The notes under the pieces are model-generated. The model was not told the origin of the DNA, searched no databases, and worked only from the letters and a program-made list of their open reading frames with translations. This document shows, piece after piece, positions 1 through 8,724 of a stretch of 64,000 nucleotides of DNA. The stretch is from Spirochaetia bacterium. GTDB lineage: Bacteria > Spirochaetota > Spirochaetia > SP-2023. The DNA lies in assembly GCA_965225855.1 (NCBI GenBank), contig CBDDCK010000005.1:1152001-1216000 (forward strand), in the 5' to 3' direction. The stretch's first letter is position 1, and the number at the start of each line of letters is the position of its first letter. The translations under genes were made by a program, and so were the position numbers.

Positions 1-1
1 T

Positions 2-370
2 TATGAGGCTTATCTTGGTATGGGCAATACTTATAAAAATTTAAGAGATTATGAAAAGGCCATTGAGTTTTACCAAAAAGCTATTGAATTTAAAACTAAT
101 GAGAGTGAAGCTTATTACAATATGGGGCAAGTTTATAATAAATTAAAAGAATATGATAAAGCCATTGCTTGCTATCAACAAGCTATAAAAATTAAGCCTG
201 ATAATTCTGATGCTTATAATAGTATGGGCAATGTCTATAAGAGCTTAGGAGAATACCAACAAGCAATTACTTGCTATAAAAAAGCTCTTGATATTAAACC
301 AAATTGTTCTATCGCTCATTTTAATATAACAAATACTTCTGATGAAATTAAAAAGTTGGTTACTAATTAA
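2..370 (+). CDS. Tetratricopeptide-repeat protein, 5'-truncated by window edge
   Basis: Frame is open from position 2 (YEAYLGMGN...). Consecutive 34-aa TPR motifs (AYYNMGQVY..YDKAIACYQQAIKIKPD). Confidence 0.85.
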   Translation, partial: YEAYLGMGNTYKNLRDYEKAIEFYQKAIEFKTNESEAYYNMGQVYNKLKEYDKAIACYQQAIKIKPDNSDAYNSMGNVYKSLGEYQQAITCYKKALDIKPNCSIAHFNITNTSDEIKKLVTN

Positions 371-418
371 AAGAGTTTTGTTAAGAATTTACAGCAAAAC
401 AAAGAAAGTGAGAGAAAA

Positions 419-760
419 ATGACCAACATTGTAGCAGTAGCCAATAAAACGCTTGAAATTAGTGATTTTTCTCTCACCAATCTCAAGCTGCAAAAAATTC
501 TGTATTATGTCTATGGCACCAATCTAGTTATCAATACCGAACAGATAAGTGAGTGTCCCCAAGCTTGGGACTATTGGCCTGTATTCCCAACAGTATATAA
601 TCAATTCAGACGCTATGGTGCCGACTGAATTATGATACCCGCCATTATCTCTCGATTCACCAATACAAAATGTATAATTGAAGGTCGACTGTTAGAAACA
701 ATCCAAATTATTCACGAAAAATTTGGCCATTTAGCCGATGCTGAATTAAGTTATACTTGA
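419..760 (+). pseudogene. Panacea/SocA (DUF4065) antitoxin-like gene, disrupted
   Basis: TNLKLQKILYY and QAWDYWPV (canonical AWxxGPV) motifs. In-frame TGA at 626-628; the same frame continues (...HEKFGHLADAELSYT) to TGA at 758-760. Confidence 0.7.
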
Positions 761-793
761 TCGTCCAACAAAACTATAGTATAATATAGTCTG

Positions 794-834
794 GCTTAAA
801 TAGTGGCAAAGTAAACTTTTGCCACTATTTAAGC
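794..834. terminator. 17-bp-arm inverted repeat (hairpin/terminator-like)
   Basis: gcttaaatagtggcaaa (794-810) / tttgccactatttaagc (818-834), 7-nt loop. Confidence 0.55.
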
Positions 835-1129
835 ATAAAGCCCATTTAGATAATCCATCTCCTCCTGTTTTTATTGCAAACTTATGAAATTTTAATATCA
901 TGAATAAATACGGTAGCAGAGGAGTGGAAAATCACCGGTTCACTACAGGGGCTTTGGTCGCTGCTAGTAGGATAGAGTAGGTGCCTATCACGCTATCGTA
1001 TTATCTTTAATATCCTGCTTTTTATTCCACTTACAGCCAAAAACAACAAAAAATCACTTTGAAAGAGTGCAAGTTTTTTGCAAATTATGCCAAAAAACAG
1101 CAAAAACTTGCAATTAATTTCATTTTCAA

Positions 1130-1164
1130 AAACACCCCACATTTGATTTTCACGCCCCCTTACA
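1130..1164. repeat. Copy of ~35-bp terminal motif ...ACCCCACATTT..TTCACGCCCCCTTACA
   Basis: Near-identical to ~6531-6566 and to the reverse complement of 61029-61064. All three end at CCCCCTTACA. Confidence 0.75.
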
Positions 1165-1387
1165 ATGGGAGTAATTGTTGCAAGGCCATAGGAAAAGAAA
1201 TATGGCATGAATAACTCACATGAATTTTTATGTTCTCGCATAACAAAAAATATTGTGATAATAATGGATAATCTGCCTTTTTATAGTGTAGGGAAGACCA
1301 AAGATATTTCAAAAATCTAGGCCATATACTAAAATGTCTAGCCCAATATTTTCCAGATTGAAACCTCACAAAAAAGGAATTTTGAAT

Positions 1388-2287
1388 ATGACTAACAGAG
1401 ATTTGGTATTTATGTGCTTTGATGAGTATAGAGAATCTCGAGTAGGTACTGGAGAACTTAATTTTGAGCAAATTGCAGCGCGATGCGATTGCTCGGTAGC
1501 TGCTATTCATTCTTATTATTGCATATATCAGAAAAATAATCATCAAGAAATCACAAATATTGTAAGCAATCAGCAAGCTGCGGACACAAAGCAACGTTTA
1601 GATATCAATAAACGTTTTATGTATATGGAGCGTTTAATCAAAATGGTTATGACTGGACACCAACCTTCGCTTATTATTACCGGGGAAGCTGGTATTGGCA
1701 AAACGTATACTATTATGAAAATGCTCAAAGAATGCGGTTTGGAAAGCGACTATTATACCTTTGTCAAAGGCTATACAACCAATAAAGGTTTATTCCAAAT
1801 ACTACAAATTAATTGTGATGGTTTAATTATATTTGACGATTGTGATTCTATATTTAAAGATAAAGTAGGTTCTAATATATTAAAAACGGCTACAGATTCT
1901 TACTCCATAAGGCAAATTACTTGGGGCAAAAACAAATTGGAACACGAAAATCCCGATGAAAATACTTTTGAATTTAATGGCCAGATTATTTTTATTAGCA
2001 ATTTATCGGTAAACGAATTCCCACAATCGCTGCAAAGCCGTTCCACTGTGATCAATTTAGAGATGACTATTACAGAAAAACTGTTGCGCATTGATACGAT
2101 TTTAGGTGATATAGATGCTGGCGAAAGCGTGGAATATCAACATAAGTCTAAGGCGTTGGACTTTATGATACAAAACCAAGAAAGTATTAAAGACATCAAT
2201 ATCCGCACATTGTTAAAGCTTAGCCGCATCTACGCATATCATGGAGAGTTTGAAGATATTGACGAAATGTTAATGTTTTTGGTTTAA
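1388..2287 (+). CDS. Phage-type AAA+ ATPase with putative N-terminal HTH
   Basis: Walker A GEAGIGKT, Walker B LIIFDDCD, sensor IIFISN, LQSRS arginine finger. N-terminal FEQIAARCDCSVAAIHSYY is HTH-like. ATG 1388 follows AAAGGA (ORF track starts at 1334). Confidence 0.75.
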   Translation: MTNRDLVFMCFDEYRESRVGTGELNFEQIAARCDCSVAAIHSYYCIYQKNNHQEITNIVSNQQAADTKQRLDINKRFMYMERLIKMVMTGHQPSLIITGEAGIGKTYTIMKMLKECGLESDYYTFVKGYTTNKGLFQILQINCDGLIIFDDCDSIFKDKVGSNILKTATDSYSIRQITWGKNKLEHENPDENTFEFNGQIIFISNLSVNEFPQSLQSRSTVINLEMTITEKLLRIDTILGDIDAGESVEYQHKSKALDFMIQNQESIKDINIRTLLKLSRIYAYHGEFEDIDEMLMFLV

Positions 2288-2525
2288 ATTTCATTTGGGC
2301 CTGACAAGATTCAAGGATTGAGGCGCAGAATTTTTAACAAAACTTGATATAAATTTTTGCGTCTTTGTTGTTCTCATCTTAGCTATAAATTTTTATAATC
2401 ACTTGTTTTTTATAATTGGTTGATTATGCTTTATTGTAATCGCAATTTTACGCGTTTTTATTGGTGCTCTAAACGCAAGCAAAAACAAATTTCAAGCACA
2501 ATTCATATAAAGAGGAGAAGAGTAT

Positions 2526-3824
2526 ATGAAAAAATTTTTTATTGGGACCCCCGCTAGGAGGATTTTATCTGGTATATTGCTGGCTTTTGCGGCTTTGGTT
2601 CTGGCGAGCTGTAGCAAAAAAAGCGGCGAAACAACGGCCAGCAAAAAGCAAGAACCCAAAAACCTAGTATTATATCAAAATAAAGTGGAAATTCATGAGG
2701 CACTTAGCAATTTTGCTGCAGAATATACCGCAGAGACCGGAGTAGAGATAAATATTAAAACCTCTGGTGGTGGTGCTAATTACGGGGCATTACTGAAAGC
2801 GGAATTCCAGTCCGACCGCCAACCAGATATATTCGCAATTGAAGGTCTGGGTAGTTACAATACTTGGAAAAGCAAGCTCGAACCGTATGTCAATCAGGAA
2901 TGGATGAAATACACCTCGCTCGATTACAAAGCAAATGGGCAGACTTATGGCTTTCCCGTGGCCATTGAGGCCTGGGGTATGGCCTACAACAAAGCTATGC
3001 TCGACCAAGCCGGAATTGATCCCGCAACTCTTACTTCCCAACAAGCCTATGCGGACGCTTTTGCCAAACTAGATCAAATGAAAGACGAACTGGGTATTGA
3101 CTCCGTAGTAGCTATGGTTGCTGGCCCACAGATGCACTGGGTTACCGGCTTGCATAATTTTAATGGCTACCTAAGTGCTGGCTTACCTTACGGTGATACA
3201 GAGGTACTGGATAAATTGCTTGGTGGCGAAGCCATAACCGAGCGACTGGCTGAATATGCCAACTGGGTAGAACTATTGTTCCAATATGCCGACCGGCGCA
3301 TATTATTGGCCGGTGGTTATGATGCTCAAGTGAGCCAGTTTGCCACGCAAAAATCGGTATTTATCCATCAAGGCAACTGGATTGATCCTTGGTTGGCCGA
3401 AAACAATATTACTTTTGCAATGGCTTACGCACCCCATGCCCCTGTAGCTGGCGAGCACAATGCTATTTTTATTGGAGCGCCCTCTTACTATGTTATCAAC
3501 AAAGAAAGTAGCGCAAAACAGGAAGCCTTGGATTTCTTAAACTACTTGGCTACCAACCCAAAAGGCCACGACTATATGGTCAATAAGGCGGGTATGGTTC
3601 CGGCTTTTAATAATGTTACGCTAGAACCCGCCGGAGCGCTTTCGGTTTCGGTGGCAGAGTGGAGCAAGAAAACAAATGGTGCGTACACCTGGCTACAGAA
3701 CGACATGCCCGATGGTTTCGGTACAGGTGTTTTAGGCCCCATTTACGGAGCTTTTGCCAAAGGTGATATCGACAAACAAGGGTTTATTGAACAAGTTTCC
3801 GCTAAAATTGCTGAACTAAAGTAG
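2526..3824 (+). CDS. ABC transporter sugar-binding lipoprotein (MsmE/SBP_bac_1-like)
   Basis: RBS gaggag, lipobox VLASC, PDIF and YGFPVAIEAWGMAYNK and HQGNW motifs. Confidence 0.88.
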   Translation: MKKFFIGTPARRILSGILLAFAALVLASCSKKSGETTASKKQEPKNLVLYQNKVEIHEALSNFAAEYTAETGVEINIKTSGGGANYGALLKAEFQSDRQPDIFAIEGLGSYNTWKSKLEPYVNQEWMKYTSLDYKANGQTYGFPVAIEAWGMAYNKAMLDQAGIDPATLTSQQAYADAFAKLDQMKDELGIDSVVAMVAGPQMHWVTGLHNFNGYLSAGLPYGDTEVLDKLLGGEAITERLAEYANWVELLFQYADRRILLAGGYDAQVSQFATQKSVFIHQGNWIDPWLAENNITFAMAYAPHAPVAGEHNAIFIGAPSYYVINKESSAKQEALDFLNYLATNPKGHDYMVNKAGMVPAFNNVTLEPAGALSVSVAEWSKKTNGAYTWLQNDMPDGFGTGVLGPIYGAFAKGDIDKQGFIEQVSAKIAELK

Positions 3825-3864
3825 TAAAAACAAAATCCGCAAATTCCTCTAAAGAGGATTTTAT

Positions 3865-3972
3865 CTGCTAGAGTTTAGATAGTCTGGGTAACTATCAAAA
3901 CTCTAGCAGCGGTGCTGTACTGCACTCATAACCACCTTACAGCACCGCTGCTAGCCGTCTAAAGCCTGTAAT
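3865..3972. repeat. Double-hairpin element distal to lipoprotein cassette 1
   Basis: Overlapping hairpins 3865-3909 and 3903-3954. Reverse-complement copy at 63768-63869. Confidence 0.8.
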
Positions 3973-4072
3973 CCAATTCGGCTTCAAGTTTTTTTGTTCT
4001 TTTTAGCTTGGTTGTTTCAGCCTTTGGCTATATTGGCTTCCCGTATTTACCAAGGCTATAATTGGCAAAAGC

Positions 4073-4184
4073 AGCCTTAATAAAAAAATTTACAGCCTTA
4101 ATAAAAAAATTTGTAGCCTTGACAAAAAAATTTACAGCCTTGACAAAAAAATTTGTAGCCTTAATAAATTTTTTCCAGCCTTGG
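4073..4184. repeat. 21-bp tandem repeat with A7 tracts (AGCCTT-A/G-A-T/C-AAAAAAATTT-AC/GT), ~5 units
   Basis: AGCCTT starts at 4073, 4094, 4115, 4136, 4157 and 4177. Confidence 0.85.
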
Positions 4185-4289
4185 TATTTTCTCCATACCA
4201 AGGTTATAATTGGCAAAAGCAACCACGATAAAAAAACTTACCAAGGCTGCAATTGGCCAATGCAAGCGTTGCAACAACCAAACCCTACC

Positions 4290-6110
4290 TTACCAATTTA
4301 CAACGTTAATAGCATTTTTTAGGTCTGCAGGACTACCCATTACAAATCCTGCTGCTGCTTCCAGGTTGTATGCACCAGCATTATCACGAAGACCAACCTT
4401 AACCAGTATCTTATTGACTTCCGCTTTTACACTACTGCTTAAAGTAATCGTTACGCCTATTGCATTTGCATCAGAACCTGTGGCTGTGTTTTCACCTGCA
4501 GCTGCGTGCTGGGGTAATGGGTATCTCTTACTACCATCACCGGATACAAGCGTCAATTTGCTAAAGTCCCAGCCTGCAACTGCTGTCGGTAACCTGCTAC
4601 CTCTAATACGTAACAGGCCTGTGTTAACATTGTAGTATGCTTCAGCGATAGAACTTGCATACCCACTAACGGTAATCGGGTTATTGCTTATGTCTGCTGC
4701 GCTACCACCTGCAAATCCTGCTGCTGCTTCCAGGTTGTATGCACCAGCATCATCACTATCACCATTCTTAACCAATATCTTATTGGCTTTAAATGGTTCA
4801 CTACCCGTTAAAGTAATCGTTAAGCTTGTTGCACTTGCTGCAGAACCTGTGGCTGAAAATGGGTTGTGATCGGGTAATGGGTATCTCTTCTTACCATCAC
4901 CGGATACAAACCTCAATTTGCTAAAGTCCCACTCTTCAACTGTCTCCGGTAAATTAGTACCTGTAATCACTAACACGCCTGTAACAGCATTGTAGCTTGC
5001 ACTGGTAATTGTGGGTGGGTGTCCACTAACGGCCAAGCCTTTGGCTGTATTTAAACCCGCCCAAGCACCAGTGCTAGTAAGCAACCCATCTTTTAGACCA
5101 TTGCTATCCATACCGTCCTTGGCCTCAAGAGTAGTTTTATCGGCATCGGTAAGGTAAAGCCAAAGCGCTGTGCCATCGCTTTTAATACGGTACTTACCTT
5201 TTGTAAGACTGCGACTATCTGGCCCAGTGGCTGTGCCATCTGCAATATAGGAACTTAAGGCTAAGCCATCTACCGTGATGGTTTGGATTTGCGCTTGGGT
5301 CGCACTACCTAAGTCAGTACCTGTAATCACTAACACACTTGTATTAACATTGTAGGTTGCACCGGTAATTTCGGCTTTAGGCGACTCCTCTTCGACTTGT
5401 TCGACTTGTTCGACTTGTTCGACTTGTTCGTCTTGTTCGACTTGTTCGTCTTGTTCAGCTTGTTTGTCTTCAGGTTGCTTAGGCGACTCCTCTTCGGTTT
5501 CTTCGGCTTCGGGTAGTTTACGCGACTCCTCTTCAGCTTGTTCGACTTGTTCAGCTTGTTCAGCTTGTTCAGTTTGCTTAGATGGCTGATTGTCATCGGA
5601 TACTTTAGACTGCTTATTTTCGGGTACATTCCTAACGTCCAAGTCTTTGGCTGTATCTAAACCCGCCCAACTACCAGAGCTAACGCTAAGCAAGCCTTTT
5701 TTTAGACCATTGCTATCCATACCTTTCTTGCCATTCAGAGTAGCTTTATGTTGCTCGGTAAGTCTAAGCCAAAGTGCTGTGCCATCGTTTGCAATACGGT
5801 ACTTACCTTGTTCAAGACCGTTACTATTTACCCCAGTGGGTTTGGCATCTGCAGTATAGGCACTGAAGGCTACACCATTTGTTCGGCTTCCTACCCTGAT
5901 AGTTTGGATTTGCGCTTGTTTCACACTGGTAGGACTTAAGTCAGTACCTTGTACGGTTAAGATAGCCTTGCCAACATCGTAGATGGCGTTATTGATAGTC
6001 GGCCCAGAAGACGGCGCATCGTCATCGTTGTCATCGGGTGGTGCGCAGGCAAAGGCCATAAAGCCCAATAGCAAGGCTACAGGCAATAAAAATAGTTTGT
6101 GCTTATACAT
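4290..6110 (-). CDS. Surface lipoprotein, paralog family member 1 (A-linker-A'-B-B' beta-rich domains)
   Basis: GGAGGT RBS before ATG 6110, lipobox MAFAC, repeated ITxAxYNxxTGxLxIxGxxL domain starts, E/Q-rich linker. Paralogs at 20985 and 61688. Confidence 0.85.
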   Translation of the reverse strand: MYKHKLFLLPVALLLGFMAFACAPPDDNDDDAPSSGPTINNAIYDVGKAILTVQGTDLSPTSVKQAQIQTIRVGSRTNGVAFSAYTADAKPTGVNSNGLEQGKYRIANDGTALWLRLTEQHKATLNGKKGMDSNGLKKGLLSVSSGSWAGLDTAKDLDVRNVPENKQSKVSDDNQPSKQTEQAEQAEQVEQAEEESRKLPEAEETEEESPKQPEDKQAEQDEQVEQDEQVEQVEQVEQVEEESPKAEITGATYNVNTSVLVITGTDLGSATQAQIQTITVDGLALSSYIADGTATGPDSRSLTKGKYRIKSDGTALWLYLTDADKTTLEAKDGMDSNGLKDGLLTSTGAWAGLNTAKGLAVSGHPPTITSASYNAVTGVLVITGTNLPETVEEWDFSKLRFVSGDGKKRYPLPDHNPFSATGSAASATSLTITLTGSEPFKANKILVKNGDSDDAGAYNLEAAAGFAGGSAADISNNPITVSGYASSIAEAYYNVNTGLLRIRGSRLPTAVAGWDFSKLTLVSGDGSKRYPLPQHAAAGENTATGSDANAIGVTITLSSSVKAEVNKILVKVGLRDNAGAYNLEAAAGFVMGSPADLKNAINVVNW

Positions 6111-6173
6111 AAGCAATACCTCCAAGAATGGATAAAGATTAGCCAACCCATACGGGTTAGTGCATAGGGCCCT

Positions 6174-6200
6174 ATTGTGTTAGGGGGGGAATTGAGTCAA
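6174..6200 (-). promoter_or_regulatory. Putative sigma70 promoter TTGACT-N15(C7)-CACAAT
   Basis: Reverse complement reads ttgactcaattccccccctaacacaat. Same architecture at the other two paralogs. Confidence 0.55.
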
Positions 6201-6449
6201 GGTCTATATAAGATTTTTGTAAGTTTTTTTGTGTTTTGGGTACTTTTTTTGTGTTAGGGTACTTTAGCTTGGGCTATATGGGCTTCTGGGTATTTAGTTG
6301 CGGCTCTTCAAGCAAACAACTTTGGCCATACAGTGTGGATCGGGTTTGTTGGTTTGGAGTGGGGCTATTGTGGCTTTTCATTATTGATCTGCTATGGAGA
6401 CCATATAAAAAGGTATTGGGCAAAGTGAAACAAAGAAGTGAAAAACGGT

Positions 6450-6566
6450 AGGCTAACTATAAACCACTTCCAATCCCGTCAAGCACCCTCTGAAAGCACC
6501 ATAAGCAGGGCATCACGCAACAATTTGCCCAAATACCCCACATTTCATTATTCATGCCCCCTTACA
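6450..6566. repeat. Conserved upstream terminus of lipoprotein cassette 1
   Basis: Reverse complement of 61029-~61145 with few mismatches. Ends just downstream of the dnaG stop. Confidence 0.8.
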
Positions 6567-6572
6567 GGAAGG

Positions 6573-8564
6573 CTAACAAATAGAAAATGGTATGTGCAGT
6601 TCTTCCCCTTGTTTTTCTGCTGTTTTTTTTTGCAATTGCTGGGCTATCTTGCGCAATTCAGCTAACTTACTATTTAAGCTTTGGATTTCCCTAAGTAATT
6701 CAAACTGTAGTGTTTCTTGCTGTTGTTGTTCCAAAACTTTAATTTGTTCTAAAGCTTTTTGCTTGCGTTGCTTGAGCCAAAACTCTTGCACGCCAAAGTA
6801 TTTTTGCTGCAAAATGGCCTGGCGATAAAAGTCCATATCATAAGCTTCCGAGTTATAGATATTTCCCCCTTGTAAAGGCTCTAACTTTTTTTGCAATAGC
6901 CATTGGCCTAAAGTCGGAACACGGCGGCTAGCGCGGTCGCATAGGTTTTCAAAATTGAAGTCTTGTTCTTGGTTAGCTTGATCGAGCAATTCTTTTAAAA
7001 CAATGGCATCTTCATTTTCCCAATGAAAGGCGGCTAACTGGCTTTGCCATTGGGGGTAGAGGTCAGCCTGCAATAGCAAACTAGCCCAAAACTCCCGCTC
7101 CACTAATTCTAATTCTGAAACAGTAGACGCATGACCAGACGAAGTAATAGGGACACTGCCATTGATAGTAGCTTGAGTTTTATCTATTTGCGCTGAGGCC
7201 GCCTTATCTTGTGCTATTGAAGCGGCTACCGCAGAGGATGTAGGGCGATACTGCCAACTAACTTCACTGGCTAGAGCTTCTTGCTTTAAACCAAATAACT
7301 TGGCTAGCTGGGCAATATAGAGCTCGCGGCGCAAACCTTTTTTAACTTGGCACATAAAAGGGCTTAGAAAACGCAAAGCCTCACTAACACCGTGTAACTC
7401 GTCTAAAGCAAAACGACTATCTAAATCTATGGCCAAAAAGTGAAAAAAATCTTGTGGTGTTTGGGCAAGGCTCTGTAAATCCCCAGCGCCTTCATGTTCA
7501 AGAATATCGCAAGGATCGCGCCCTGGAGCAAGTGCAATAATTTGGCTGTTAATTTCTTGCTGCTCTAGCAAAAATGCTGCTTTATAAATGGCCTTTTGCC
7601 CCGCCTCATCACCATCAAAAGCCAGTATCACTGTATCGCAGTAGCGTTTGATCAATTTGGCTTGTTCAAGTGTAACGGCTGTACCCAATGGCGCAGCAGC
7701 ATAGTTGAGCCCAGCTTGGTGCAGGGCAAGCACATCTAAATTGCCTTCACAAAGAATTAGGCTACGCTTTTGGCACAACACTTTTAAAGATTGATACAAA
7801 CCAAATAAAGATTCACTTTTGCGATAAATGGGTGATTCGCGGGAGTTGATATATTTAGGGCTATTGGAAGACTTATTTTTAGACTGATCTTGGGATTGTT
7901 GGCTCAATTTACGGCCACTAAAGGCAATAATTCTGCCATGTGCATCAAACACAGGGAAGATCAAACGCTGCCAAAACAAACATATTTCTGGTTTATTTTG
8001 GGAGAATAGGGCGCTTTCAGCTAACAGCTCGCTGCTGTAATTTTGGCGTTTGAGCCATTGGTACAAAGCTCTAGAATCACTTACCGCATAGCCTAGCTCA
8101 AATTGCTCTTGTATGGCGGGGCTAACCCCGCGTTGCTCTAAATAATTGCGGGCCATTTGCCCACGTTCACTGCGCAAATTTTGGCGGAAGCTTTTATGCA
8201 CTTGAGCATGCAATGCATATAATGCTTCACGTTTTTTGCGGCTTTGTGCTTGCAATTGGCTTTGTGCTTTTTGTGGCAAAGTAAAGCCCACCTGCTTAGC
8301 AAGTTTGCGCACCGCTTCGGGGAAGCTAAGTTGTTCTAATTGCATTAGTAAAGAGATGGCATTGCCTTTTTGTTGGCAGCCAAAACAATAATACGTCTTG
8401 CGTTCCAAATTTAAGGTGAATGAAGGCGTTTTTTCACTGTGGAAAGGGCAAATCCCCCACCAGCGCCCCCCACGATTCTCCAGCCCATCTACATAGCTGC
8501 GCGCTAAGTCAAGCATATCTAGCTGATCGAGAAGTTGGTCGAGAATATCTTGTGAATAGAGCAT
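6573..8564 (-). CDS. dnaG: DNA primase
   Basis: CPFHSEKTPSF..CFGC zinc finger, PKYINS, EGNLDV and FDGDEAG TOPRIM motifs. Confidence 0.97.
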   Translation of the reverse strand: MLYSQDILDQLLDQLDMLDLARSYVDGLENRGGRWWGICPFHSEKTPSFTLNLERKTYYCFGCQQKGNAISLLMQLEQLSFPEAVRKLAKQVGFTLPQKAQSQLQAQSRKKREALYALHAQVHKSFRQNLRSERGQMARNYLEQRGVSPAIQEQFELGYAVSDSRALYQWLKRQNYSSELLAESALFSQNKPEICLFWQRLIFPVFDAHGRIIAFSGRKLSQQSQDQSKNKSSNSPKYINSRESPIYRKSESLFGLYQSLKVLCQKRSLILCEGNLDVLALHQAGLNYAAAPLGTAVTLEQAKLIKRYCDTVILAFDGDEAGQKAIYKAAFLLEQQEINSQIIALAPGRDPCDILEHEGAGDLQSLAQTPQDFFHFLAIDLDSRFALDELHGVSEALRFLSPFMCQVKKGLRRELYIAQLAKLFGLKQEALASEVSWQYRPTSSAVAASIAQDKAASAQIDKTQATINGSVPITSSGHASTVSELELVEREFWASLLLQADLYPQWQSQLAAFHWENEDAIVLKELLDQANQEQDFNFENLCDRASRRVPTLGQWLLQKKLEPLQGGNIYNSEAYDMDFYRQAILQQKYFGVQEFWLKQRKQKALEQIKVLEQQQQETLQFELLREIQSLNSKLAELRKIAQQLQKKTAEKQGEELHIPFSIC

Positions 8565-8724
8565 GCCTCTATTAAAGAATATAGCAAAATCCCTGCAATA
8601 TTGTTTGCGCTATTTTTCTTTTTTCTTTCGATGTTGTAAGACTTAGGTGAGACAGTAGCAGCTTAGATGCAAAGGCAGCCGCTATCTATAGCAAAATTAT
8701 AAGAAACACTATAAAATCTAAGGT

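Noticed and set aside
4028..4322. ORFs 4062-4322 (+) and 4028-4222 (-) with KKFxAL repeats
   Set aside because: They are translations of the 21-bp DNA repeat and are not conserved in the other cassette tails.
6111..6146. TTG starts (MANLYPFLEVLL) for the lipoproteins and MGFMPYGSQ starts for the BspA genes given in the ORF track
   Set aside because: Strong RBSs (GGAGGT, TAAGGAG) lie inside these extensions, just before downstream ATGs that give normal signal peptides.
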